This document shows, in pieces, positions 29,486-39,921 of a DNA stretch of 63,920 bases; position 1 is the first letter of the stretch; every line of letters starts with the position of its first letter. Where the stretch lies: contig CAYJDG010000008.1 of NCBI GenBank assembly GCA_964368875.1, forward strand, positions 1 through 63,920, read 5' to 3'. This DNA comes from an uncultured Pseudobdellovibrionaceae bacterium. Lineage in GTDB: Bacteria; Pseudomonadota; Alphaproteobacteria; Micavibrionales; Micavibrionaceae. Below the pieces are notes generated by a model that saw nothing but the letters and a program-made list of their open reading frames with translations, was not told the DNA's origin and made no database searches. The translations under genes were made by a program, and so were the position numbers.

Positions 29486-30430
29486 GTGAGCCTAACCATG
29501 CAGAACGATGAAATACGTTCAATCATCAATTCCGCCGGATCTATTGTAGTTTCCATGCATGGCCAGCACAACATCGCTTATTTTGAGCAGAACTTGAGAT
29601 CATCCGAACAGATTTCCAGACTGCGTCTCGCTTTAAACCGGATTGCAGAGATCACGGGAGCTGCTTCTGTCAAGGAAGGTCTCTATCACCCGGTGACCAG
29701 AAATCACACGACACTTGCTTTGCTCATTGATAAAGGCCCTGAAGGGGATGTATCTCCTCAGGCGGCACATGTCGCGAGACTATTATTTTACAGTGGCAAT
29801 GCCTATCGTTACGTGGCTCCCGCACAAACCCAGCCTACGGCCGTATTGTTTAATGGCGCTGTTTCAGCTGAAGTCAACGAACGCGCCTTAAATGATTGTC
29901 AGCGTGTCATGTTTGCGCCAAAACATGTACCTGGTTCCCGTGAATTCTGGCCAGGCCGCACACTTGCTGCTGAAATCACTGACGCCGTAGTCCTCTCCTC
30001 ATTTATCCCGCGCAGCAACCAGCTTTTTACAGACCGGGCTGCTGTCGCTGACACATTGTTCAATAAGGACGCCGTTAAAGCTTATGGTGTCGGTGTGGTG
30101 ATGCAGCACATCGCAACTCTTCACAAAGGTACATATCAACACATAGCGGGACAACCCGGCGGCCCGGGATATCACGTTGTGAATGGTTATGAGCCTGCAA
30201 AATTTCTAGAAACGACTAAGTCTGGTCCGACATTAATGCCTGGTTGCTACGACTGGGAATGTGCCATTCGTGACATCGACCAAAACTCCTATGGCCATGA
30301 TACGACAGCCCTCCATGCCCAGCGTCCGGCAAATGAAGCCGCGCAAACACAGGGTGTTGGCAGTATTCTGGATGAAATTGGGATTACAAATGCAGGGACT
30401 CATCATGGGTTGCGCTTCAACAGAATTTAG
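29486..30430 (+). CDS. Hypothetical protein (orphan)
   Basis: 314 aa ORF. GTG at 29486 or ATG at 29498; no clear SD for either. Lower GC than the flanks by eye. No family recognised. Confidence 0.55.
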   Translation: MSLTMQNDEIRSIINSAGSIVVSMHGQHNIAYFEQNLRSSEQISRLRLALNRIAEITGAASVKEGLYHPVTRNHTTLALLIDKGPEGDVSPQAAHVARLLFYSGNAYRYVAPAQTQPTAVLFNGAVSAEVNERALNDCQRVMFAPKHVPGSREFWPGRTLAAEITDAVVLSSFIPRSNQLFTDRAAVADTLFNKDAVKAYGVGVVMQHIATLHKGTYQHIAGQPGGPGYHVVNGYEPAKFLETTKSGPTLMPGCYDWECAIRDIDQNSYGHDTTALHAQRPANEAAQTQGVGSILDEIGITNAGTHHGLRFNRI

Positions 30431-30437
30431 AATTGTA

Positions 30438-30466
30438 TTGACATAATATTTTGTCATAGTTAGAAT
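30438..30466 (+). promoter_or_regulatory. Strong sigma70-like promoter for the orphan gene at 30497
   Basis: TTGACA-N17-TAGAAT. AAGGTG SD lies 7 nt before ATG 30497. The promoter contains the inverted repeat TGACA-N8-TGTCA. Confidence 0.6.
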
Positions 30467-30496
30467 AACCTTCTAACTCAATCAAGGTGCTGCACA

Positions 30497-30853
30497 ATGA
30501 CTATCCCCACGCCATTCAACCTTGCGATCCTTTTCGATGGGTCTGTCAGACCTGAATACAAAAAATTTATAGTTGGGGAACTTGCGCAAGGAAACCGGAC
30601 CATTTCTTGTTTTGACCAAGCCGACCAATCTTGCGAAGTTATCTTTGTTGATGGCCATGTATCTGCTGAGGCAATAGAAGGCATCGCAAATAAAATCCGT
30701 GTCGCGGCGGTAGGATTGACCTCACGGTTTGATGAAGCAGGCCAAAGCCTAAGCGGTGCACCATATCTGCTGCATGTTCAATCAGGTTTTGATCGAGGCT
30801 CAGTTTTAACCGAGCAGGTCTTCGTTGTCGGCAGAGCCCCGGTTCATGCTTAA
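30497..30853 (+). CDS. Hypothetical protein, possible degenerate CheY-like receiver fold
   Basis: 118 aa. The pattern LAILFDGS ... EVIFVDGHV ... VAAVGLTS ... GAPYLLHV parallels receiver beta1 DD, the phospho-Asp, the Thr/Ser and the Lys positions (DD to DG, Lys to His). By-eye inference only. Confidence 0.5.
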   Translation: MTIPTPFNLAILFDGSVRPEYKKFIVGELAQGNRTISCFDQADQSCEVIFVDGHVSAEAIEGIANKIRVAAVGLTSRFDEAGQSLSGAPYLLHVQSGFDRGSVLTEQVFVVGRAPVHA

Positions 30854-30905
30854 TCCCCTATAGACGATTAGCTTAATTGAGGCTAAAAATTTCCCTGAGG
30901 AATAA

Positions 30906-32234
<1,329 letters not shown>

Positions 32235-32243
32235 TTTACTAGG

Positions 32244-32894
32244 ATGAGCGAGTCCGAGATCAAAAAAACGCCGTGGCAGTCCAGGATGTATTTTATCCTG
32301 GCTGTCATCTTCATGCTCATCCCGACCGCGATGAAGTTTTACACGGGCGAAACGCAGAAGCTGATCGTGGCGTCCGGCAAACTGAGCGATCCGAACTTCG
32401 ACAAGACCGTTGTCTTTATTTTCAAGCATGGACTTGAGGGCGCGATTGGTGTGGTTATCAACCGTCCGCTTGATGCCAAGGGCCGTGAAAATCTGCCGGG
32501 CTTCCTGCAAGATAAGGACTTGCCGCTCTATTGGGGTGGGCCTGTCGAAGATAAAGAATTTGTCGCCGTGCTGGAAAGATCGCCTGCGCAGCCAGATGGA
32601 ACGGTAGAACTTCGCCTGAGAAAATTTGACGACGCGGTCAAAGAGGATCCGGGGTATCTTGATAAGATCGAAAAATCCCACAAAGACGGCAAAGACGATT
32701 ACCGCATTTATCTCGGCTCATCAGGGTGGGCGCCGTTTCAGTTGAACCTTGAATTCAATCAGGGCGTATGGGCCAGCACCGAGCTTAATCACGAGCTGGT
32801 TTTCTACAAAGGCATCACCCCGAAGCAAGTGTGGGAGAGGGCCATGACCAAAGCCAGCACCAAAAGAAAACCGCGGTCTCCGGGCACTATCTAA
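32244..32894 (+). CDS. YqgE/AlgH family protein (UPF0301) with N-terminal hydrophobic segment
   Basis: KLIVASGKLSDPNFDKTVVFIFKHGLEGAIGVVINRPLD matches the family core. Preceded by MYFILAVIFMLIPTAM. Confidence 0.8.
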   Translation: MSESEIKKTPWQSRMYFILAVIFMLIPTAMKFYTGETQKLIVASGKLSDPNFDKTVVFIFKHGLEGAIGVVINRPLDAKGRENLPGFLQDKDLPLYWGGPVEDKEFVAVLERSPAQPDGTVELRLRKFDDAVKEDPGYLDKIEKSHKDGKDDYRIYLGSSGWAPFQLNLEFNQGVWASTELNHELVFYKGITPKQVWERAMTKASTKRKPRSPGTI

Positions 32895-33022
32895 GTTTAC
32901 AAAATTCATGAATCGCGCCAAACTCCTTAGGCAAAGAGATTCGTGCTTTGTTCCTCCTAACCCTTTGACTCCACTGGGAATTGTCTTGACGCGCCTGACT
33001 CGCGTGTGATTCACTATTTTCT

Positions 33023-33340
33023 ATGAAGCGCCTGCTTGAACAACGCTACCTCGTCCGCAAAAATCTCGTCACATTGATCGGGATGGGCTTGTTCATGTAT
33101 TTTTCCTACCATCTGGTCCAAGGCGAGCGCAGCTATATCCGCTACCTCAGCCTGACGCAGTCGGTCACGGCGCTCGAAACCGAGACCGCGGACCTTAAGA
33201 CGAAGCGAGAAAGCCTTGAAACCAAAGTCTCAATGATGCGTCCGGGCTCGATCAACCGCGACCTTCTCGAAGAACGCGCCCGGGTGGTGCTCGGCTTCCG
33301 TCGTGACGGCGAAAAAGACCTTTTAACGTCACCCAATTAA
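33023..33340 (+). CDS. ftsB: Septum formation initiator (FtsB/DivIC-like)
   Basis: 105 aa with one TM segment followed by a coiled coil. Sits between eno and pdhA. Confidence 0.75.
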   Translation: MKRLLEQRYLVRKNLVTLIGMGLFMYFSYHLVQGERSYIRYLSLTQSVTALETETADLKTKRESLETKVSMMRPGSINRDLLEERARVVLGFRRDGEKDLLTSPN

Positions 33341-33457
33341 ACTCTGAATTTGTTCATCAATTCAATATGTTGCGTTGCACAAACCCAATGGTTTTTTGCT
33401 AGCCTGAATAGTTAAAATCGGCTACTTATGGCTCAAATTCCAAGGGAGAAATCTTAA

Positions 33458-34483
33458 GTGACCAGTGCATCGAAGTCCGGTTCCAAGAAACCTAACCTCA
33501 AAGCCATTTCCAACAGCCGCCCCAATCCGACCCCGGAAGAGATGAAAAAGCTCTACCGCGATATGTTGGTGATCCGCCGCTTTGAGGAAAAGGCTGGGCA
33601 GCTTTACGGCATGGGCCTGATCGGCGGGTTCTGCCATCTCTACATCGGGCAGGAAGCCGTCGTGACCGGGATCACCTCGGCGCAGGAGCCGCAGGACACC
33701 TGTGTGACATCTTACCGTGACCACGCGCACATGCTGGCGATGGGCATGGACCCCAAAGGCATCATGGCTGAACTCACTGGCCGCATCGGTGGCTATTCAC
33801 GCGGTAAGGGCGGCTCGATGCATATGTTCTCGCGCGAGAAGGGCTTCTATGGCGGCCACGGGATCGTTGGGGCGTCGGGTGCAATCGGCACCGGGCTTGG
33901 CTTTACGCACAAATACAAAGGCGATGGCGGCGTTGCCGTGGCTTATATGGGCGATGGTGCCGCGAACCAGGGGCAAACCGCAGAATGCATGAACATGGCA
34001 AGCCTGTGGAAATTGCCTGTGCTGTTCGTCATTGAAAACAACCAGTACGCCATGGGCACAAGCGTGCCGCGCCACTCGGCGGGTGAATTTTATCGCCGCG
34101 GTGAAGGCTATAATATTCCCGGCGAGCAAGTGGATGGCATGGACGTGCTGACCGTACAAGCCGCTGCGCGTCAGGCGCTGGACTATGTACGCACTGGCAA
34201 CGGCCCGTATATTCTGGAAGTTCAGACATATCGCTATCGTGGCCACTCGATGTCCGACCCTGCGAAATACCGCACCAAGGAAGAGGTCGAGCGGTACAAG
34301 GAAGAGCGCGATCCTATTGAGCGCCTGAAAAAGATGATGGCAGATGCCGGTATCAACGAAGACGCTCTGAAGCCGCTTGAAAAAGAAGTGAAGGAAATTG
34401 TCGCCGAAGCCGCGCAATTTGCGCAAGACAGCCCGCAGCCGGATGAATCCGAATTGTGGACTGATGTTCTTGTAGAAAATTAG
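33458..34483 (+). CDS. pdhA: Pyruvate dehydrogenase E1 alpha subunit
   Basis: GTG start with AAGGGAGA SD. TPP-binding GDGAANQG...NN motif and [11 protein letters not shown]. Confidence 0.95.
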   Translation: MTSASKSGSKKPNLKAISNSRPNPTPEEMKKLYRDMLVIRRFEEKAGQLYGMGLIGGFCHLYIGQEAVVTGITSAQEPQDTCVTSYRDHAHMLAMGMDPKGIMAELTGRIGGYSRGKGGSMHMFSREKGFYGGHGIVGASGAIGTGLGFTHKYKGDGGVAVAYMGDGAANQGQTAECMNMASLWKLPVLFVIENNQYAMGTSVPRHSAGEFYRRGEGYNIPGEQVDGMDVLTVQAAARQALDYVRTGNGPYILEVQTYRYRGHSMSDPAKYRTKEEVERYKEERDPIERLKKMMADAGINEDALKPLEKEVKEIVAEAAQFAQDSPQPDESELWTDVLVEN

Positions 34484-34494
34484 AAGGAAATACC

Positions 34495-34740
34495 ATGTCG
34501 ACACAAATTCTCATGCCAGCCCTTTCCCCCACTATGACCGAAGGCAATCTGGCCCGGTGGTTGAAGAAAGAGGGTGATAAAGTCAAAGCCGGTGATGTGA
34601 TCGCTGAAATCGAAACCGACAAGGCGACGATGGAAGTTGAGGCCGTTGATGAGGGCATTCTCGGCAAGATCCTCATTTCGGAAGGCGCACAGGGCGTGGC
34701 GGTGAATACGCCGATTGCTGTGCTGCTCGATGATGGCGAA
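34495..34740 (+). repeat. Lipoyl-domain coding repeat, copy 1 (pdhB)
   Basis: By manual alignment, about 70 of 82 residues are identical to the pdhC N-terminus. There are long identical nucleotide runs, for example ggtgatgtgatcgc.gaaatcgaaaccga.aaggcgacgatggaagt. Confidence 0.85.
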
Positions 34741-35922
34741 AACGCGTCTGATATTGAGGCCCCGGCAATCACGGATATTCCGTGCATTCCGAATGCGTCT
34801 GCCGATCAGCCTGCTGCGGCGGCTCCGGTTTCCACCGCGGCGCAAGCCACGGGTAAAGATATCAAAAACCGCGACATCCTGTATGCGCAGGGTGTTGTGA
34901 TCGAGCCGCCTGTGTTCGATGAAGCCAAGTTCATGGCGAACACTGCGCCAAAAACCGTGCGGGAAGCTTTGCGCGATGCGATGGCCGAAGAAATGCGCGG
35001 CGATGAAAACATCTATGTTATGGGTGAGGAAGTCGCCGAATATCAGGGTGCCTATAAAGTTACTCAAGGTCTGTTGCAGGAATTTGGTGAGAAGCGCGTT
35101 ATCGATACGCCGATCACCGAGCATGGCTTTGCCGGTCTTGCAGTCGGGTCTGCCATGTCGGGACTGCGTCCGATTGTTGAATTCATGACGATGAACTTCG
35201 CCATGCAGGCGATTGATCACATCATCAACTCTGCGGCCAAGACTCTATACATGGCTGGCGGTCAGTTGGGTTGCCCAATCGTGTTCCGTGGCCCGAATGG
35301 TGCAGCGTCGCGCGTTGGTGCACAGCACTCGCAGTGTTACGCAAGCTGGTATGCCCATGTGCCGGGTCTGAAAGTCGTATCGCCATGGTCTGCAGCGGAT
35401 GCCAAAGGGTTGCTGAAAGCCGCGATCCGCGATGCTAACCCGGTGGTCGTGCTTGAAAACGAAATGCTCTACGGCCAGACCTTTGAAGTTCCGACGGATG
35501 AAGACTACGTGATCCCGATTGGCCGCGCCAAGATCGAGCGCGAAGGCACAGATGTGACCATCGTTGCTTATTCGATCATGGTCGGCAAAGCGCTTGAAGC
35601 CGCGAAAAAACTGGAAGAAGAGGGGATCAGCGCTGAAGTGATCAACCTGCGCACGATCCGCCCGCTCGACCGTTGGACGATCATCGAAAGCGTGAAGAAG
35701 ACCAACCGCATCGTGTCCGTTGAAGAAAGCTGGCCGTTCGCTGGAATAGGTTCTGAAATCGCCGCGATGATCAACGAGCATGCGTTCGATTATCTCGATG
35801 CACCATGCGCCCGCGTTTGCGCGGCCGATGTGCCACTACCTTATGCGGCAAACCTCGAAAAACTGGCTCTGCCGCAGGTCGATGAGATCGTGCACACCGT
35901 CAAAAAAGTCTGTTACCGCTGA
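34495..35922 (+). CDS. pdhB: Pyruvate dehydrogenase E1 beta subunit with N-terminal lipoyl domain
   Basis: 475 aa. Lipoyl domain ([13 protein letters not shown]), an Ala/Pro linker, then a transketolase-like E1 beta. Confidence 0.95.
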   Translation: MSTQILMPALSPTMTEGNLARWLKKEGDKVKAGDVIAEIETDKATMEVEAVDEGILGKILISEGAQGVAVNTPIAVLLDDGENASDIEAPAITDIPCIPNASADQPAAAAPVSTAAQATGKDIKNRDILYAQGVVIEPPVFDEAKFMANTAPKTVREALRDAMAEEMRGDENIYVMGEEVAEYQGAYKVTQGLLQEFGEKRVIDTPITEHGFAGLAVGSAMSGLRPIVEFMTMNFAMQAIDHIINSAAKTLYMAGGQLGCPIVFRGPNGAASRVGAQHSQCYASWYAHVPGLKVVSPWSAADAKGLLKAAIRDANPVVVLENEMLYGQTFEVPTDEDYVIPIGRAKIEREGTDVTIVAYSIMVGKALEAAKKLEEEGISAEVINLRTIRPLDRWTIIESVKKTNRIVSVEESWPFAGIGSEIAAMINEHAFDYLDAPCARVCAADVPLPYAANLEKLALPQVDEIVHTVKKVCYR

Positions 35923-36224
35923 TGCAATTCGTCGTGATCGCCAAAGACCAGCCAGATGCTCTGGAGCGCCGCATGGCGAGCCGTGACGCGCATCTGGAAA
36001 AAGTTGGCCAGGCATGCGAGCGCGGCGAGGAAATCGTCGGTGCGGCGTTGCAGGATGATGACGGAAAAATGTGCGGCTCGATGCTGCTGTTTGACGTCGA
36101 GTCCCGCGCCCGTGTCGAAGAATTGATTGCCAATGACCCTTACACAAAAAATAACGTGTGGGGTGATGTCCAGATTATGCCGTGTAAAGTTGCGCCAGTG
36201 TTTGCGCATTTGCTGAAGAAATAA
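35922..36224 (+). CDS. YciI family protein
   Basis: 100 aa. [25 protein letters not shown] ... NDPYTKNNVWGDVQIMP aligns closely with E. coli YciI from memory. The ATG overlaps the pdhB TGA (TGATG). Confidence 0.85.
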   Translation: MQFVVIAKDQPDALERRMASRDAHLEKVGQACERGEEIVGAALQDDDGKMCGSMLLFDVESRARVEELIANDPYTKNNVWGDVQIMPCKVAPVFAHLLKK

Positions 36225-36238
36225 AAGGAAGCCTGAAG

Positions 36239-36484
36239 ATGCCGACCAATATCCTGATGCCAGCTCTCTCCCCGACCATGACCGAAGGCACGCTTGCCAA
36301 GTGGTTGAAGAAGGAAGGCGACAACGTCAAGGCGGGTGATGTGATCGCCGAAATCGAAACCGATAAGGCGACGATGGAAGTCGAGGCGGTCGATGAAGGC
36401 AAACTTGGTAAAATCCTGATTGCGTCCGGCACCGCCGGAGTGGCCGTGAATACGCCGATTGCGGTTCTGCTTGAAGAAGGCGAA
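36239..36484 (+). repeat. Lipoyl-domain coding repeat, copy 2 (pdhC)
   Basis: Partner of 34495-34740. Confidence 0.85.
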
Positions 36485-37504
36485 AGCATCGATGCGATCA
36501 AGGCGGTAGCGCCGATCAATTCAAATCAGAAGGCTGCTGCGCCCGAAGCACCTAAGACCGCTGCTGCGGCGGCTCCGCAGGCTGCGGCGCAGAAACCACA
36601 AGCTGGAGGCCGCGTGTTTGCGACACCGCTTGCGCGCCGGATTGCAGAGCAAAAGGGTGTTGATCTCTCCTCCATTCAAGGCTCGGGTCCGCATGGCCGG
36701 ATCGTCAAAGCCGATCTTGAAAATGCGAGGTCTGGTGCAGCTGCGCCAAAACCAGCCGCCGCTCAAAAACCAATGGCAGCCGGTGCGGATGCCAAGGCGC
36801 TGTCGAACGCGTATGGCATGGAATATTCGGAACTGCCGAACAACAATATCAAGAAAATCGTTGCCCGCCGTCTGCTGGAATCCAAGCAGAGTGTGCCGCA
36901 TTTCTACCTGACAGTGGATTGCCGCATCGATGGCCTCTTGGCAGCTCGCGCCAAGCTGAATGACTCGGCCAAGGGCGCGTACAAGCTCTCGGTCAATGAC
37001 TTCGTGATCAAGGCTGTCGCCATGGCCCTGCAAAAATATCCGGCGGCGAATGTGTCGTGGACAGATGATGCGGTTCTGCAATACGTGCATTCCGATGTGT
37101 CGGTCGCCGTGGCCACGCCGAACGGTCTGATCACGCCGATCATCAAACATGCTGAAACCAAAGGCCTTGCCGACATTTCCAAAGAGATGAAAGACCTTGC
37201 TGGGCGTGCGCGTGATGGCAAGCTCAAACCGGAAGAATTTCAGGGCGGGACGTTCTCGGTTTCCAACCTTGGTATGTTCGGCGTGAAAGATTTTCAGGCG
37301 ATCATCAATCCGCCGCAGGCCTGTATCCTCGCGGTCGGCGCCGGGATCGAGCAGCCAGTCGTTGAAGACGGTAAGATCGTGGTTGGAACTGTCATGAGCG
37401 TGACGCTCTCGGTCGATCACCGCGCGGTCGATGGTGCGGTCGGCGCTGAGTTCCTGCAGTTCTTCAAGCAGTACATTGAAAATCCAGTCGCAATGCTGGT
37501 TTAG
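36239..37504 (+). CDS. pdhC: Pyruvate dehydrogenase E2 dihydrolipoamide acetyltransferase
   Basis: Lipoyl domain, E3-binding domain (ATPLARRIAEQKGVDL) and a catalytic domain with DHRAVDG. Confidence 0.95.
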   Translation: MPTNILMPALSPTMTEGTLAKWLKKEGDNVKAGDVIAEIETDKATMEVEAVDEGKLGKILIASGTAGVAVNTPIAVLLEEGESIDAIKAVAPINSNQKAAAPEAPKTAAAAAPQAAAQKPQAGGRVFATPLARRIAEQKGVDLSSIQGSGPHGRIVKADLENARSGAAAPKPAAAQKPMAAGADAKALSNAYGMEYSELPNNNIKKIVARRLLESKQSVPHFYLTVDCRIDGLLAARAKLNDSAKGAYKLSVNDFVIKAVAMALQKYPAANVSWTDDAVLQYVHSDVSVAVATPNGLITPIIKHAETKGLADISKEMKDLAGRARDGKLKPEEFQGGTFSVSNLGMFGVKDFQAIINPPQACILAVGAGIEQPVVEDGKIVVGTVMSVTLSVDHRAVDGAVGAEFLQFFKQYIENPVAMLV

Positions 37505-37521
37505 AAAACAAAAGGTGTGAG

Positions 37522-38136
37522 ATGGTTACGTTTATTGACGAGAAAGTAATTGAGCGTGAAACCCCAGCATTCCGTCAAGATCTGGCGCTGCTCAATCGCT
37601 ACACCAAAGAAGCCGGCATTACTCTGGAATTTGATGCCGATCGAGCCTTGCAGCGCGATGCAGCCGGAGCCGACCATCGTTATGAAATCGTTACAGCGCT
37701 TATGAGCGCAAAAAAATTCGAGATCCCGTCACGCGATAAAATTGATGATACTAAAATTCTTCGTTTTATCCGCTATGTTGCAACGATGGCGGATATCTCT
37801 TTGAGACAGGATCATGGCTTGGCTCGGGTTACTGCCGCAAACGCCCCTGAAGCTTTTGATGATGTTAAAATTCTTGGTGACGCGCAGTCTGCCTTGGAAG
37901 CTGCTGGTAGCTCTTTGCGGATCGATTACGATCTTGCAACCGGGAAAGGTCCTGAGGCCGGAGCCTATCGCGTAACCATTGCAGATGCGATGGAAGCTCT
38001 CATGTTTCCCGGCAGCCCGCCAACGCCTGAAGCAGAAGTCCGCGATCATCCCGCATATGAAGATACAGATGAGCTTCTCGCTATAGCCAGAAGAGCAACA
38101 TCGATTGATTTTTCTCAAGGTAATAAACTTATTTAA
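37522..38136 (+). CDS. Hypothetical protein (orphan inside the PDH operon)
   Basis: 204 aa. AAGGTG SD lies 5 nt upstream. Tightly packed between pdhC and lpd. No family recognised. Confidence 0.55.
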   Translation: MVTFIDEKVIERETPAFRQDLALLNRYTKEAGITLEFDADRALQRDAAGADHRYEIVTALMSAKKFEIPSRDKIDDTKILRFIRYVATMADISLRQDHGLARVTAANAPEAFDDVKILGDAQSALEAAGSSLRIDYDLATGKGPEAGAYRVTIADAMEALMFPGSPPTPEAEVRDHPAYEDTDELLAIARRATSIDFSQGNKLI

Positions 38137-38156
38137 ATTCCCAACAAGGAAGCTCT

Positions 38157-39557
38157 ATGTCTGAAACTAACTATGACGTCATCATTCTTGGCGCGGGTCC
38201 TGGCGGTTACGTAACGGCTATACGTGCAGCGCAACTGGGCATGAAGGCCTGTGTGATTGAGGCCAATCATCTTGGCGGTATCTGTCTGAACTGGGGTTGC
38301 ATCCCGACTAAGGCGCTGCTGCGCTCGGCAGAGATAGCACATTACATCAAGCATGCTGAAGATTACGGTCTGAAGGTTGAAGGTTTTTCTTTCGACCTGA
38401 AGAAAATCGTCGAGCGCTCGCGTGGCGTTGCCAAGCAGCTGTCTGGCGGAGTAGGGCATTTGCTGAAAAAGAACAAGGTCACAGTCATCGATGGCTATGG
38501 CCGCCTGAAAGGCAAAGGTCAGGTCGAAGTCGAGAAGAAAGACAAGACCAAGGAAACCCTGTCTGGCAAGCATATCATCGTAGCCACAGGTGCACGGGCA
38601 CGGGCGTTCCCCGGCCTTGAGGCTGATGGCAAGCTGGTGTGGAGCTACCGTGAGGCGATGGTGCCGGAGATGATGCCGAAATCGCTTCTGGTGATTGGAT
38701 CGGGCGCAATCGGGACGGAATTTGCGAGCTTCTATCTCAACCTCGGGGTTGAGGTAACTCTTGTTGAAGTGATGGATCGTATCCTGCCGGTTGAAGACGA
38801 GGAAATTTCAGGCCTTGCGCAGAAGGCGTTTGCGAAACAAGGCATGAAAATCCTCACTGGCGCCAAAGTGGCCAAGCTGGACAAAGCGGCAAATTCAGTT
38901 ACCGCGCATATCGAAGTGGGTGGCAAGACTGAGAAGATCACGGTTGATCGTGTTATCTCAGCGGTTGGCATTACGCCGAATACCGAAGATATCGGCCTCG
39001 CTAATACCAAAGTCAAAACTGACCGGGGGCATATTGTCACCGGGAAATACAGCGAGACGGACGAGCCGGGTGTGTATGCTATCGGTGATGTCGCGGGCGC
39101 TCCGTGGCTGGCGCACAAGGCTTCGCACGAGGGGATTATCTGCATCGAGAAGATCGCCGGGTTGAAAGACGTGCATCCACTCGATAAATCCGGCATTCCG
39201 GGCTGTACTTATTCCATGCCGCAGATTGCGTCCATCGGTTTGACCGAGAAGAAGGCGAAAGAGCAGGGATTGGAGATCAAGGTTGGCCGCTTCCCATTCA
39301 TGGGTAACGGCAAGGCCATTGCACTTGGCGAACCTGAAGGTCTGGTCAAAACGATTTTCGATGCGAAGACAGGGCAACTGCTTGGTGCGCACATGATCGG
39401 AGCGGAAGTGACTGAACTGATCCAAGGTTATGCGATTGGCAAAACCCTTGAGACCACTGAAGCCGAGCTGATGCACACGGTGTTCCCGCATCCGACTTTG
39501 TCAGAGATGATGCATGAGAGCGTACTTGCGGCATATGGCAAGACGATCCACTTTTAG
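38157..39557 (+). CDS. lpdA: Dihydrolipoyl dehydrogenase (E3)
   Basis: 466 aa; GAGPGGY FAD motif, redox-active GGICLNWGCIPTK, and C-terminal HPTLSE. Confidence 0.95.
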   Translation: MSETNYDVIILGAGPGGYVTAIRAAQLGMKACVIEANHLGGICLNWGCIPTKALLRSAEIAHYIKHAEDYGLKVEGFSFDLKKIVERSRGVAKQLSGGVGHLLKKNKVTVIDGYGRLKGKGQVEVEKKDKTKETLSGKHIIVATGARARAFPGLEADGKLVWSYREAMVPEMMPKSLLVIGSGAIGTEFASFYLNLGVEVTLVEVMDRILPVEDEEISGLAQKAFAKQGMKILTGAKVAKLDKAANSVTAHIEVGGKTEKITVDRVISAVGITPNTEDIGLANTKVKTDRGHIVTGKYSETDEPGVYAIGDVAGAPWLAHKASHEGIICIEKIAGLKDVHPLDKSGIPGCTYSMPQIASIGLTEKKAKEQGLEIKVGRFPFMGNGKAIALGEPEGLVKTIFDAKTGQLLGAHMIGAEVTELIQGYAIGKTLETTEAELMHTVFPHPTLSEMMHESVLAAYGKTIHF

Positions 39558-39562
39558 AATAG

Positions 39563-39592
39563 AAAAAAGCCCGGCGATGAACCGGGCTTTTG
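39563..39592. terminator. Bidirectional rho-independent terminator after lpd
   Basis: AAAAGCCCGG-CGATGAA-CCGGGCTTTT: a perfect 10-bp stem with A/T runs on both sides, between convergent stop codons. Confidence 0.8.
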
Positions 39593-39611
39593 AATTCTTG
39601 GGAGTAAATTT

Positions 39612-39782
39612 CTAGCGGCGCAGGCCTGAGCGATTTTCGAGGCCACCGCCGACGACTGGCGCGCCCACTGAAGCAGTGCCGAGATTAATTGCATTCAAAG
39701 CGGCATTCTTTTCGGAAGAGCTATCTGGAGCCAATTCCATAAATATTGCGCGAATTCCGAGACCATCAAATTTTTCAGCCAT
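39612..39782 (-). CDS. Hypothetical small protein (56 aa)
   Basis: The ATG at 39782 is preceded by a near-perfect SD, AAGGAGGTG, with 5-7 nt spacing. The terminator lies downstream. Sequence: MAEKFDGLGIRAIFMELAPDSSSEKNAALNAINLGTASVGAPVVGGGLENRSGLRR. Confidence 0.5.
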   Translation of the reverse strand: MAEKFDGLGIRAIFMELAPDSSSEKNAALNAINLGTASVGAPVVGGGLENRSGLRR

Positions 39783-39872
39783 AGACACACCTCCTTCATA
39801 AAGTTCTTCGTTCAGACTCACAGTCTATCATAAGTTCCAACGCCTCAAAAGACGGTTTGGTTCACAAAAACT

Positions 39873-39901
39873 TTGACCTATATGAGCATCATCTTTATGG
39901 T
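39873..39901 (+). promoter_or_regulatory. Sigma70-like promoter candidate for lipA
   Basis: TTGACC-N17-TATGGT, ending 20 nt before the lipA ATG. Confidence 0.45.
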
Positions 39902-39921
39902 TAATTTCAGGAACAAAAAGA

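Noticed and set aside
36521-37420. Long antisense ORFs: 299 aa antisense to pdhC, and similar ones at 495-1301, 25148-25972, 33797-34504, 34480-35220, 28460-29086, 14905-15543, 7220-7939 and 8263-8904
   Set aside because: Each lies entirely opposite a confidently identified conserved gene. They are Arg/His/Gly-rich with no motifs, typical of shadow ORFs in moderately GC-rich coding DNA.
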